Source: Gnetum montanum (taxonomy: Eukaryota; Plantae; Gnetophyta). From it: a DNA stretch of 64,000 nt. The DNA lies in contig MNCI01002391.1 in assembly GCA_015680685.1 (NCBI GenBank), positions 30,944 to 94,943 on the forward strand, in the 5' to 3' direction. The notes under the pieces were generated by a model that was given only the letters and a program-made list of their open reading frames with translations, searched no databases and was not told the origin of the DNA. The translations under genes were made by a program, and so were the position numbers. The number at the start of each line of letters is the position of its first letter. The stretch's first letter is position 1. This document shows, in pieces, positions 23,572 through 35,952 of this stretch.

Positions 23572-25959
23572 CACAATGACATCTTTGCTATGAGTAGTAG
23601 TGAAAAAGAAGAAAAAAATGGGAGATGTTCCAAGATAAAACTCTAATGTCGTAGATCTGATGATGGAGATCAATTGGGAAAAATTAATTTTTATTATTTA
23701 TATTTTTTTGGATATATGTAGTGGCTGAATTGCTAGTTATAACTACATGTGAGAGGAGTAGAGAAAAATAAAGAGAGAGTTATAAGAGAGAGATTACATG
23801 AGAGTGATGTGCATCTCTAAGGTTAGAGCTATGTGTGTAAATCTTAGCCATAGCTTTCTATGTGTATTGCATCTTAAATCTATATTTTGAGATCTAGTTT
23901 GATAGAGATGTGCTATAAGGAGAATCATTATGAGATTATAGAGCCTCGTGCTATGTAATATTGTTGAGTGTGTGAGAATTATGAATTGTAATATGGGATT
24001 TATTAATCCAATGTAATTGTATCTTCTTTAGTTTAATAGAAGATAGATTTCCTTTCTACAATTCTTTGTCTTGTGTATTGTTTTTGGATTTGACATGTTA
24101 AAAGGGTTAAAGAAAATTAAAGTGATCCTATTCTAGAAATTAGTATCAAATCATAAGAGTTTTTTGTTGGTTGGAATTTTGTTGTGTACTTTTGTTTGTT
24201 TTAGATGGCTTTTATCAAGAAAATTGTTAAAGCCCAAAATCAAGACATGAAGAACATGAAATTGACCTTTTAGCCAATGGTACATTAATTAGATGAGAGT
24301 AGCACTAAGGTAGATCATAATGTAGGTCCTAGCTATGTTCAGCCACATGGTGATTATGTGTTTTCTTATGGAAATGCTAATGAAGAAGTTTCTCAACCTC
24401 GTGGAAGGAGATTTAATGAAGACGAAGGAAATTCAAGCTATGGAAGTGTGAGAAGCTCTTAGGCTAGGGTTCCAAGGAAAGGGAATCTAGAACCTCATTT
24501 CAAAACTCCAAGAGTTTCTTTATCATCTTCTACTTCTTCTCATGGTAAGCTTGATGATGTAGATGAAGAAACACTTACTAGAGAATTCAAGAATGCTGCA
24601 AGACTACTGTATGTGGAGCTAAAGACTTTTAATGATGTAGATAGTACAACTACTTTTACAACCTGGTTGAAGTTGATTGACAATCATCTTAAATTGGATG
24701 AGGTACTAAATCAATTATGGGTACTAGTTACAAAATCCAGATTAAAAGAAACTACTTTAATGGATGGGAAAAATAATCATAATATTATGAGAGGTAAAAT
24801 GGTTAATGTATTAGTAATTGATCTTTAATGAAATACAGGTTGAAATGAAAATTTAAGCAAACTTGGTAGAGAAAAGAGATATTCATAAGGCTAAAATTTC
24901 TTAAATAGTGAGACAAAGATGTCAAAGAATTTTACATTGAATTTTGTGATCTATTCCATCATGCTAAGGTAAACTATGAGGAGTACTTCAATATTTCTCA
25001 GAGATCCCCAAATGACTTAATAGTAGGATTTATCATTCTATGAGTTTCAAATCCTTGATTAAGCTTATAAATTGACACTCAAGGTAGAAGAAAACCTTAG
25101 TAGATTTAAGAATAAGAGTAAAAAAGTTTCAAAAGAAAAGGATAAGGGTTCTAAATCTAAAAAATAATCTAACTCAAAATATGAAGATAAGTATGAAATC
25201 CATAACAAGAAGCATGAAAAGAATGATGAAAAGAAAAATGCAAAAAAGAACCAAGGCAAAGGAGGAAGGTTGAAGCAACAAATTCATCTAAGATTTAGTG
25301 CTTCAAATGTGAAGAATGGGGACATAAGTAATAAAAATGTATACTTTAGATGGTAGCCAAGAATAAGGATGTACAAACCATGGAGGTAGAGTAGACATCA
25401 AGACAGGCTCTTCATAAATGTAATGCTAATGCTCCCAAAATTGAAAAGTTTTCAGAATTAAACTTTGATACATTTATAGAAAATGTGAATAGAGGAGATC
25501 ATCTACCAAGAAAATTATTATTTCAAATTGGAGCTAGATGTTTTCTTAGTGAGAAATTGATACATTTTTTGATTAATGGGGAAACCCAAAAAGATATTAT
25601 TTGTTTTTGGATAGTTGTTCGATTTGATTCAATAACAAATCATTATCCTAGATCCTATAAGGTGTTTTGGTTGTCAAGAGATTTCTCTTAAGAGATGAGG
25701 AAGTAGTGTGTGGAAATTTAAAATTGAAAGTTTTTATGATGTCAAATGTGATGTGATGTCAGTTGATTTTGCTAATGCAATACCTAGGAAACCTTGGAAT
25801 TTTGATAATAGTGGTCAATTTAATGAAGTAAGAAATAAATAGAGTGTAACAAGACATGATGGAATCTATGGATTAATTCCTATGATAGTTGGATACAGAA
25901 GCTTGCAAAGCTTACTTAATGCTTTCTTAATTATTTTTCAGAAGAGGGAATATATTAGG
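23420..25959 (+). mobile_element. CRM-like chromovirus fragment: LTR, Met PBS, gag and protease
   Basis: Decayed PBS ttagtatcaaatc near 24140. Zn knuckle CFKCEEWGH near 25300. Motifs HYPRSYKVFWL, CDVMSVDF and GKPWNFD. The LTR start is uncertain. Confidence 0.65.
23534..23571. repeat. (GA)n microsatellite inside an LTR
   Basis: Directly visible. Confidence 0.95.
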
Positions 25960-27742
25960 TGATGAGTCTTTGTTCATGGGCTACGTCAATGGAATCCCCT
26001 CGATGCAATTGTGTTGATGTAGGATTTGAAGTGTTGACATGTATGCATTGATGCAATGTCTTGTCTTGCCTATAAATACATGCTTACCAACCACATTTAT
26101 GGCATCTATTATTTAGTATCCTAGCAAAGCTTTTGCATTTTGTTCATTTAATAGTTAGAATATTTTCTAAGTGCCCATAGTAGGAATGAGAAGTGTATGG
26201 ATATTTATTCAAACATTGATGTAACTGAGCCCCTCAATGTGACTGGAAATAAAGAGAATCTTTCTTCACAAACCTTGCAACATTTGGAATTAGCTTCATA
26301 TTTACTTAATGAATTTATTATTTAAGAAATTTATTTTAATACACCAAATTAATTAATTAATTAGCCATTAATTAATACACATAAGTATGATCATTTTGAG
26401 CATATGTTAACATTTGATAATCCAGGTAGTGCTTAATGCTTGGTAACCCAATAATGTTGCAATGTGGTTCAAGATGTGTACCGTAAATGGAAATGGATGC
26501 TTATGTTAGGATTAGTTAAGAGTTTAGTTAGTTATTAGATTAATTAAACATTTAATTATGTTATTTTTTGGCACATAGGAAATTTAAATAATAAACATAA
26601 AATGATAAAAATCATATGCCTCAATTACACTTAATCATACGTTAGCACTTCATAAGTGAAACTAAGAAGACAATGATCATGTACGTTAGATTCACTTCCT
26701 AGATCAAGTGTACTTAGAGAGCCAAAGTCTACAAAATTTCATTGGATCATTTAGTGAATGCTAGTCATTTGTATGGTTGGATGTAGGAACTACTCGTTGC
26801 TCATCATTAGTGCTATTTCTAGGGACTTTAGTTAGTGCGCTATCTAGGATAATATGTGAAATCACTAAATGATTGCTATAATATTATTAACAATTTATAT
26901 TTTTGGAAATATTAGTATTGTAATTCATACACATTATTAATTGAAAGCATGTCTCCTTCACATAGGAATAATAACACATTGTATGATGAAAACACTCATA
27001 AGAAAAATGATAGGTTCTATACTGAAGAGAATTGAAGTGAACAACCTCAAGAAAGGGTTTCATATGCTCACTTCCATTCTTACTACATGCAAGGAATACA
27101 TTAAATTGATGTAGATAATCTTAGAAGAGATGAAGAAATTCTTAGAACAAGGAGGGCCTCAAGGCCTAGGACCTACTCTAAACCTAGAAAAGATTGATCA
27201 AGGGATCATGAGGGGAGATATAAGAGACATGGTGATTCTCCTAGTTCCTCATCCTTCTCTTCCTCTTCCTCTTCAACTTCTAGTTTTGATGAAGATGAAC
27301 ATAGGTATAGAGATAGAGCTCCACTATGATATTAAGATAAAGATAGAAATCAAACTCAAGGGAAAAACTAAAGACATCAAGATGAGCATAGACAAGATCA
27401 TTACAATCAAATGAATAGAAATATAGATTATCACCATGACATGTTTGATGTAGATGAACCCTTGTTGGCTACTAGGGATTTGACATAGATTTGGGAGGTA
27501 GTTCAAACATGCCAAAGGTATCAATGTGACAACCACATCAAATATGGAAAACATTTCTAAATTTAGGAGAGGCTACAAATTTGATCCACTACATCATTTA
27601 CAAGCCTTCTATGATGCTTGTGCCTTGTAAAACTTTGAACATAAGTGGAAAAATATTAAGCTATTTCCTAGGATACTAATAGATGAGGCTAAAAGTTGGC
27701 ATATATCATTGGAACCTGATTTCATTCACCAATGGAATCATG
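25960..27742 (+). mobile_element. Athila-like 5' LTR (25960-26806), PBS and truncated gag (ATG at 26949)
   Basis: TGATGAG...CTCATCA followed by ttagtgctatttctaggga. Gag matches 17665-18460. Confidence 0.85.
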
Positions 27743-29807
27743 TGATGAGTCATCATTCATGGGCTTCATCAATGGGATCTTGTTAATGTGATTGCTTCAA
27801 TGCAGGGTTTGAAGTGTTGATGTGTATGTGTCAACGTAGGATTTGAAGCATTAACACATATGCATCTACGTAGTATCTTTTCTTCCTTATAAATACATGC
27901 TCATCAGCCACATTTATGGCATTCATTGTTTAGTATCCTTGCAAAGCTCTTGCATTTTGTTCATTTGATAGTTACAATATTTTGTAGGTGCTTGCAATAG
28001 GAGTGAGAAGTGTACAGATCTTTATTAAACACTAATATACTTAAGCCCCTCGGTGTAACAGGCAATAAAGATGAGCTTTCTTCACAAACCTTGCAACATT
28101 TGGAATTAGCTTAATGTGTACTTAATACATTTATTATTTGAGAAATTTACTTTAATGCATAAATTTAATTAATTAATTATCAATTAATTAATACACATAA
28201 GTACAACCATTTTGAGCATACATTAACATTTGGTCATCTCAGTAGCGCTTAATACTTAGTAACCTAGTAACATTGCAAGGTGATTCAAGATGTGTCCAGT
28301 AAATGGGAATAAATGCTTATGTTAGGATTAATTAATATATTATTTAGTTATTAGATTAATTAAACATTTAATTAAATTATTTTTTGGGACTTAGGAATTT
28401 TAAATAATAAATATAAAATGATAAAAATCATATGCCTCAGTTACAGTTAATCATACATTTGCACTTCACAAGTGAAACTGAGAAGATAATGATAATGTAT
28501 GTTAGATTCACTCCCTAGACCCAATGTACCAAAAGAGCTAAAGTTGATAGAATTTTACTAGATTGATTAGTGAACATTAGTGATTTGTATGGTTGGATGT
28601 AGGGATCATGTCAACATAAAGCAAAAATTCTATAAATAGCACCCAACACTTGGCCAAATTTTGCCATTTTCTCACAAATGGGGAGGGATTTTTTGGAATC
28701 TTTAGAGCCTAGAACCTTTTAGAGCCCATATCTTTTCAACTACTAGTTTGATTAACCTTGTTATTCATTTCTATAGCTATTGAAGCTAAGCTTTACATTG
28801 TGGAGGCCACAAACCTTAGGTTTTCGATGATTTTTTTTGAATTTTTTCTAACTCCCACAAGGTTTAACTAATAAAATAATATTAAAATCACTAATTTAAG
28901 AGAGTGTAACCTTTCCAATGAACTCTGGTATATATTAAAATGAAAAAATGATAAAATAATATTAAAATCATCAAATCTGCCATGGTCACAACTTAGCCAA
29001 GTGTAACTAATCCAACAAATATGGTACTCAAAAGTTATAAAGCTACATGCTAAACAAATCTTTGATCATGTTGTGATAATAGATGACACTAAGATCAAAA
29101 TGCTTGAGGAAGGAGGATTATCCCACTAAAGGAACAAGTGGCTCCGAATTGGAAGGGGTCAACAAGAACAATCTTAGGAGAAGGTAGCAGAAACTCATGC
29201 AATGGGACCTCTTTGGGAGAAGCCCAAACTAAAATGTTTCTATCAGATTCCCCAAGTAGAAAAAGAGCAATCCCACTAGGATGAGTCACTAGGACTAAGG
29301 CCAAGCCTTGAGGTCATGTTGATGGATACCTATCTTAGGCAAATTCAACCTAGGGATATCCAACATTCAATTCTCCAAGAATTAAACTTTGGTACCTTCC
29401 TAAACTTTGCTCCAAAAGATGTCAGAACCCAACTTCAATGCTCTCCCATGTGGAAAATCATCACATCCAATAGGGAGTGGTACATGTGAGAGACCTGTTT
29501 ATTCTAGAATAAGAAGTAGGTAAAAACTACTATGAGGATAAAGAACATCAATGTGTCCTACTCAGTGAAGAGTATTTTTGAGGCCCTTGGCTAGCCTAAA
29601 ATTAAGAGCAATCTGGTAGAGATCTCCACAAAAGTAAATGTAGAGGTCAAAAAGGAGTGGATCCAGTGATGCTAAAGAGTGGACTACAAGGAGTATGGTG
29701 CACTCACCATGGTAGAATGTGCATACTTCAAGATAGCAACTTGCGACCTCAATCCAATGATGAGGCCCAATAAGGTGACTACCTTCTCCATCCATGGATG
29801 TGCTACT
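27743..29807 (+). mobile_element. Athila-like LTR (27743 to about 28605) fused by deletion to the ORF2 promoter and ORF2 (28982-29807)
   Basis: The LTR resembles 25960-26806 but lacks the last ~15 bp and the PBS. 28620-29807 aligns with 10080-11270. Confidence 0.75.
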
Positions 29808-31667
29808 TGAAACACCACCAAATTTGGGCTCTTGTAGTTCAATGGAAAATTTGTCTAAGTGTCAAAACTTGGGCAAAAATTTTCTAAGTCTAGTGTCACC
29901 CTCTATGGTGTAGACAATGTAGCACACCATAAGTCTTAATTGTTGCAAAATTTTTCTAAGTCTTCCTACTATGCTCCCCAGCACGACTATCATGGCACAC
30001 ACTTCCATGGCCAGTCTACAAAAATGTCAAGCTAGAAGTAGTCAAGGGTTGCTTGGGATGGATCAAATAATTTGACAAATTTTATATCTCTTGGATTGTT
30101 AAGCTCGCTATGCTCTCTAGCTTGCCGAACTTGACAAGTGCTAGTTGCCAGTTCACCTAAGTACCAGGGTAAAGTTTGTCAAAAGTGCTCAGCATGAAAA
30201 AAATAGTTCGACAAATTTTCTATCTCTCAGAATATCATGCTCTACTATGTTGCACAACGTAGCATGCTTGACACAGATTTCAGGTCCAAATTTTTCCTAA
30301 GTGTTGGACAAGGATTTGTCAAGCTACCTCAACATGGAAGATGCATTTAGCAATTTTCTGACATTCAAGGCTGCTTGTCTTGCTACACCCTAGAGTGTGA
30401 TCAGCATGCCATGAAGAAAAGTTGTAAATTTTGTTAAAATTTAACAAATTATTCACACTATGATTTGCTACACTATGTAGCATAGACAACCTAATGGGTG
30501 TAGTAAGTCAAAATTTGCAAAAATTTCACTAAGTATTCATGTTATGCTCTATCATGCTATGCAGTGTAGCAAACTTAACACATGGAAAGTGCCTCTAGAA
30601 GCCTTTAGAACTCAGCATTAATCTTCATTGTAGCTTTGAAGTCCCTCTAGCGGCCAAGATTAGTAGTTTTCCTTGCTTTTGCACCGCCCATTGATCCCCA
30701 AAATTGTCCTTATGCTTGACCCTACTTGGAAGAGGGGGAAGATGTAGTCCTGAAGCATAGACTTCAAGTTACATTTTTTTGACATTGTTTGTAGGTACAT
30801 GGTGCTCTCTCAGACTCTAGCACATGTAGTTTGGGTAGTGTGGTCATAGTTTGGCAGTCTTTGAGTTCCTGTTCCTATCCTGTAGAGCATAACACTTTGA
30901 GTGTAACATGTCAGCGTGACCTGTTTATGCCAATGCCACATAGTGTCTAGTCCACATCTTACATCAATCCTAGCCTCATAAATACCCTAACATTCAGCAT
31001 TTTAGGGGTTGTAAAATCATTTGAGCATTGAGCATTTGAGTATCCCAAGCATCTCCTCTACTCTTGCACCTGAGCACTTGAGCTTGATACCTTGGCAAGT
31101 ATCGTGACACAGTCTTTCCTTGCACTTACATAACATGATGACCACCAACCTAGTAGGTTCAGCTTTTCTTATAGCTACCAATACTACCTTCATAATTTCC
31201 TAGAGATTGTGACCACACCACTACACTACTGCTATGCTTGTCTAACATTGGTTACCAGTTTCATATTGTTCAATCAAAAGTTATGCTCCTAGGTCTTGGG
31301 GTGTTGCATTTCTCCACCTTCAAGCTCCTATTTCATTTTCTTTCTTTGCATTTTTTTCAAATTTTTTGCATCACTCTTGCATTTCATTGTATTGTTGATA
31401 CACATTTTCATATCTACATTACTATTTTTTGGGCCAAGACTTTATGCCATGCACTTGCTTGTTGTCCCAGCTCTCATGCATAACACTCTAAAAAACCCTT
31501 TCTACAAATGGTTATTATTACACCGCATAATTCCCTATATGATCAACTAGACCATTCAGGACACCTTGTTTCTCTTTCCCTAACATGACCCTTACATGGA
31601 TTTGGGGTTAGGTTGTATGCTCGTAGACCTCTCAGTGTTCCAGCCATTGATGTTTTTGGACATCATA
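29808..31667 (+). repeat. 5' LTR (about 1.9 kb) of a Tat (Retand/Ogre-like) element
   Basis: Starts with TG exactly where ORF2 homology breaks. Contains repeated AAATTTTCTAAGT motifs and a TATA-like box near 30978. Followed by a PBS. Confidence 0.7.
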
Positions 31668-31672
31668 GTTTT

Positions 31673-31689
31673 TGGTGCTAGAAGGAGGG
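31673..31689 (+). promoter_or_regulatory. Primer binding site, tRNA-Asn type
   Basis: tggtgctagaaggaggg is complementary to the plant tRNA-Asn 3' end (CCCTCCTTCTAGCG-CCA, recalled from memory). Confidence 0.75.
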
Positions 31690-32139
31690 CCTCCCATTTC
31701 TTCTATGTGCAAAGGGTAGTCCCATGTGCTTTCTTCACCCCCGTCACTAGTAGTAAGCTAGTGTAGAAGTAACACCCCTATGGACCTACCACGGTAGTGG
31801 CTAGATCGTAGGCCAGCACAAGAGTTGTTTATGTTTCGGTTGGTGCAGATTGGTCCTAGTTGATGGTTCCCTTGGAACCCCATAGGATAGAAATCCCAAA
31901 CTGTGTTAATTGCATCAAGCTTTGAGTGTTATGTAGAGCATGACAACCCAGTGAGTGTAATAGTTCCTCAAAGAATGATGAGCGTAACGATAGAGATAAG
32001 TAATTTTTTTAGTGTTTCCACACTTAGCCATTTTTAGCTTGTCTTTTCTAACAGTTTTCATACTTGGCCATTTTACTTTAAAAATTTTCAATATTTAAAT
32101 GTCTTTGCAAGCATCTTATTTTCTTACACTTTCTCTACA

Positions 32140-35100
32140 CAATGAAAATAAACCCCATTAACACCTCGGCTACTACCTTGAGTTTGGAGGTGGCATATCC
32201 CATTCAACATGTGGGAGACATTGAGCAACCACCTAGCCTGGTGTGACCATACTGGTAGTCTCTTAGGTTGTAACACCAATTTCCTGAACACAAGGCACTA
32301 GATGATGAAGGATACAATTTCCTATGCTCTAAGCTTTAGGCAGGCCTATAATTGGAGTGCTAAGAAATGGAAGAAAAACACAATTTCAAGATCATCCATT
32401 GAAATAGAAGGGAATTCTTGTCCACCCCTGATGCAATGATATTGCTTACCAAAAATCTTAAATGGATTTTGCACCAACATGTCAAGGTGAGTGGGCCAAG
32501 AGAATAGGATGCTACATCAAAATATGATGAACCCCTGCATGATGGGTAGGAGGAGCTTGAATCCCACTCTGACAGTGGCGACCCATTCTACATCTCAGTT
32601 CCACAATTTTCCTCTATTTTCTTGCCATACCATTCATAGTCCTCTACCTTCTTTAAGATAATAGTGACACTTTTGTAGGCCAAATCTTCGCCAGTGGTAG
32701 CTAGCCACTAGGTCTTGCTTATGTAACAGAATGTAGGACCTTTTTCCTCCTTTCCTTTCATCATTCCTTCATAGCCTATTTAGCCTTCACAACTGACATC
32801 TATGACACCAACACTATCATATGTGCATACCATGCCCATATCGTAGCCACACACAAGTCATATTTCTATCATCCCTACTATCTTGGTCACACCACCAACA
32901 ACATCCTTAACCACAACTACATGGTGGGCCTTGACATCTATACCCACTATGCAACTATCACACATGCAACAACAAATGTACCAAGTGTCACACGTGGTGG
33001 CACAACCCACAACAGGGTTGTGGGATACTTTGATGATGCCACCAATGACATAGCTGATGCAACCCTCTACAACATTCCTATATTTAGACCAAGCATTCTA
33101 ATTTATCCAAACTCTCATAGAGGAGGTCAAGCGGCTTAAAGTGGCCAACTCAAAAATAGTCTACGTAATGGACCTCTATCAAGATGATCCCATTAGCCCT
33201 ATGGTTTCTCCACTAACACTACCTCCTAGGTTCCAACTCCCCTAGTTCACAAAGTACAATGGTGATGGTGATCCAAATGCTCACTTAGTAACTTTTCATT
33301 TTGAGTGCTTACTACTACAAGCATGGCCACACACAATCATCTGTGTTTCTACCATGTCTCTAACTAGTATCATGTGCTTCCTAGAGCTTCCATCTCAACT
33401 CTAGAGGAGTTGCTGAGTCAATTTGTAACCTACTTCAAGTACAACCAACCTGCATTGAGTTCTAGAAATGCAAGAACTAACCAACCTGCATCATCAATGG
33501 CCACCGAGCAAGCTCTCCCAAGACCAAACTTTGAGCGTAAGGATCGCTCAAAATACACCCCTTTTCCAATTAAGCTATCAGAGCTATTGGATCAATTACT
33601 TAGTGTTGGACACATTCAACACAAGAAAATATCAAAGGATGCATGCAAATGCCATGAGAGGTACTGCAATGTCCTCTGAAACCCTTCTATGGCTATGCCT
33701 AATGAGCCTCTAGTACCCAGGAATTTCATACTAGACTAGTTCTGCAACTACCATTAATTGCATGGCCATGACATGGATTACTACCTAACATTGAAACATG
33801 ACATTGAATGCATGATTGATCAAGGCAAGATAATCCTTAATGAAAGTAATCTTTTCTAGCTAGAGAACTAGTCCATGAAAGTCTATAAGAATCCATTAAA
33901 CGCTAGCAACATAGGTTATATTATCAATGCTATTAGTGTTGATGATGATGCAGAGCCAACATGTGAACCATTTGTGGTTCATGTGCCCTCTGGTGACATT
34001 GGGGCCTCAACATCAACTAGGTCATAGGTTCCCTTTGTCATCAAAGCATCACCTCAAGCACCCATGACACCCTTTATGATTAGGGCCCTAGAGCATGTTG
34101 TGGCAACAACAACCTAAACATCGTTTGTCATAAGGGTGTTAAAACATGTGGATCCCCCATCTGCTTGTGGTCTGGTGGTGGGGACTACATCATGATCTTC
34201 CCACACAAAGATATGTGATGAGTGTCTGGCCAATAGGATGGCTAGGAAATGCATAGATCTAGGTCCTCCTAATCCCACTCCTTTGTCAGTCATTCCCATG
34301 GCCTCATCATCTCAAGCCACCAACATAGACATGCACACTTCGCAAGCAAACACCAAGGCTTGAAGGCCAATTTCCCAACCAAAAACCAAGTCTCCTCCTT
34401 GAGAAATTTGTCTCCTAGGATGCATGAAGGAAATAAAAACCACCAAATAAGTTGATAGTGGAAAATATTTTCTAGATGCATTTACATAGGTCAAATAGGC
34501 TTTGAAATAGAAGAATACAACTCTAAGCCTATACAACTTACTTATGACCTCCCCTACCCATTACAAAGCCTTGGTTCACATGTTGGCATCTATTCTTGTT
34601 AAGGAAGACATGTTGGTAGAGGAAAAGGCTATCCACACAATAATACTTCTACCTGCAACCCAAGAGCCAAGGTCAACACTCTTCACCTTTTGTGATGAAG
34701 CGATCAAAGCTAACTTTGAAAAAGGTCAAGTAACCACTACACCCATGTTCATAATGATTTGCATGGATCAGTACAAGATTTGTAGGGTGCATGTAGATGA
34801 TGGGGTAACAATCAACATTATCCCATTCCCTGTCATCGATAAGCTTGGCTTGGTGGATTAAATCAGGCCAACAATAATGACCTATTTAAAATCCTTTAAC
34901 GAAGCACATGTGGTTGTCAAGGAAATAGTCAAGACTAGTTTCATGGAAAGGGAGAAATTCCCCACTAATGTAGAATTCATCATTATTGAAGAGATTCTTC
35001 GATTCAACCTAATTTTAGGGAGGTCTTGGTTAGCCCAGCTATGGGCTATTTCTTCACTAATCTACCAAGAAATGCACTTGCATTATGAAGGTGGGGAAGT

Positions 35101-35400
35101 GGTGATCTTTGGTGACAATGTAGCCACTCTGACCATCAACAATGTAGACACTAAATAAGGGTCAGAGGTGGAGATCTCTAAGCACATACTAGCTATTTGC
35201 AATGAAATTCGACATTTTTTGACCAATGTTAAGTAGCCAAGGAAGACGAGTGACCTCCATGATGAAGCTCTATGGGTAGATTTGTCCTTTTCTATGGTAG
35301 ATGATGGCCTAGGGGAGTACTGCCTAGTGCCTTCTAGGCCTTACACACCACTTAACCCACACCAGGTTAGGAAACATGTATGCAACTGGGGCATGTCCCT
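32140..35400 (+). pseudogene. Degenerate Tat-type gag-protease with no RT downstream
   Basis: Motifs PPRFQLP.FTKYNGDGDPNAHL, FCNYH.LHGHD..LKHDIECMI, RVHVDDGVTINIIP and FNLILGRSWL. Confidence 0.8.
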
Positions 35401-35544
35401 AATTCTCTTTCTCATCCAACTTGTCTCTCATCCCTTTGTCTGTATAGTTGCAATTTATGTTACGTTTGCATCTTGCATTAGTTATGAGTTCATTTAGCTT
35501 TCTTTCTTTTAAAAAAATATAATATAATAAAAAAATGAAAATGA

Positions 35545-35700
35545 GGCCTGGAAAGGTCTTAAACTACCATGTAGCCTAAAATGGCCTTAAACCATTGCAT
35601 GGCCTGCCAAGGCCTAAAACTAGAAACCAACTTCCTTTCACACAATGACCCGAACTGGCCTTAAACTAGCAATGGCCCAAAATGACCTTAGACTAGTGAG
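35545..35700 (+). repeat. Degenerate ~27-28 bp tandem repeat (GGCCnnnAnGGCCTTAAAC) in the Tat 3' region
   Basis: About 5 copies are visible. Confidence 0.7.
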
Positions 35701-35952
35701 CTGGCATGGGGTCCATAAGGGGCCTAATTACATTAACAAAAATTATAAGTTAAAATCATAATAATATCAATTGAATTACAAGTTAAAATGATAAAACAAG
35801 AAGTAAATAAATGTCATGTTTTTCATTAAGTCATAAATAAAATACATACTCCAAAGTTACATCAACAACCACATGGAATACCCAAAAAGACATAAAATTA
35901 CCAAAGAATAGAGTTACATCTTAAAAATTTTAATTTGCATTTTGATGAGAAG

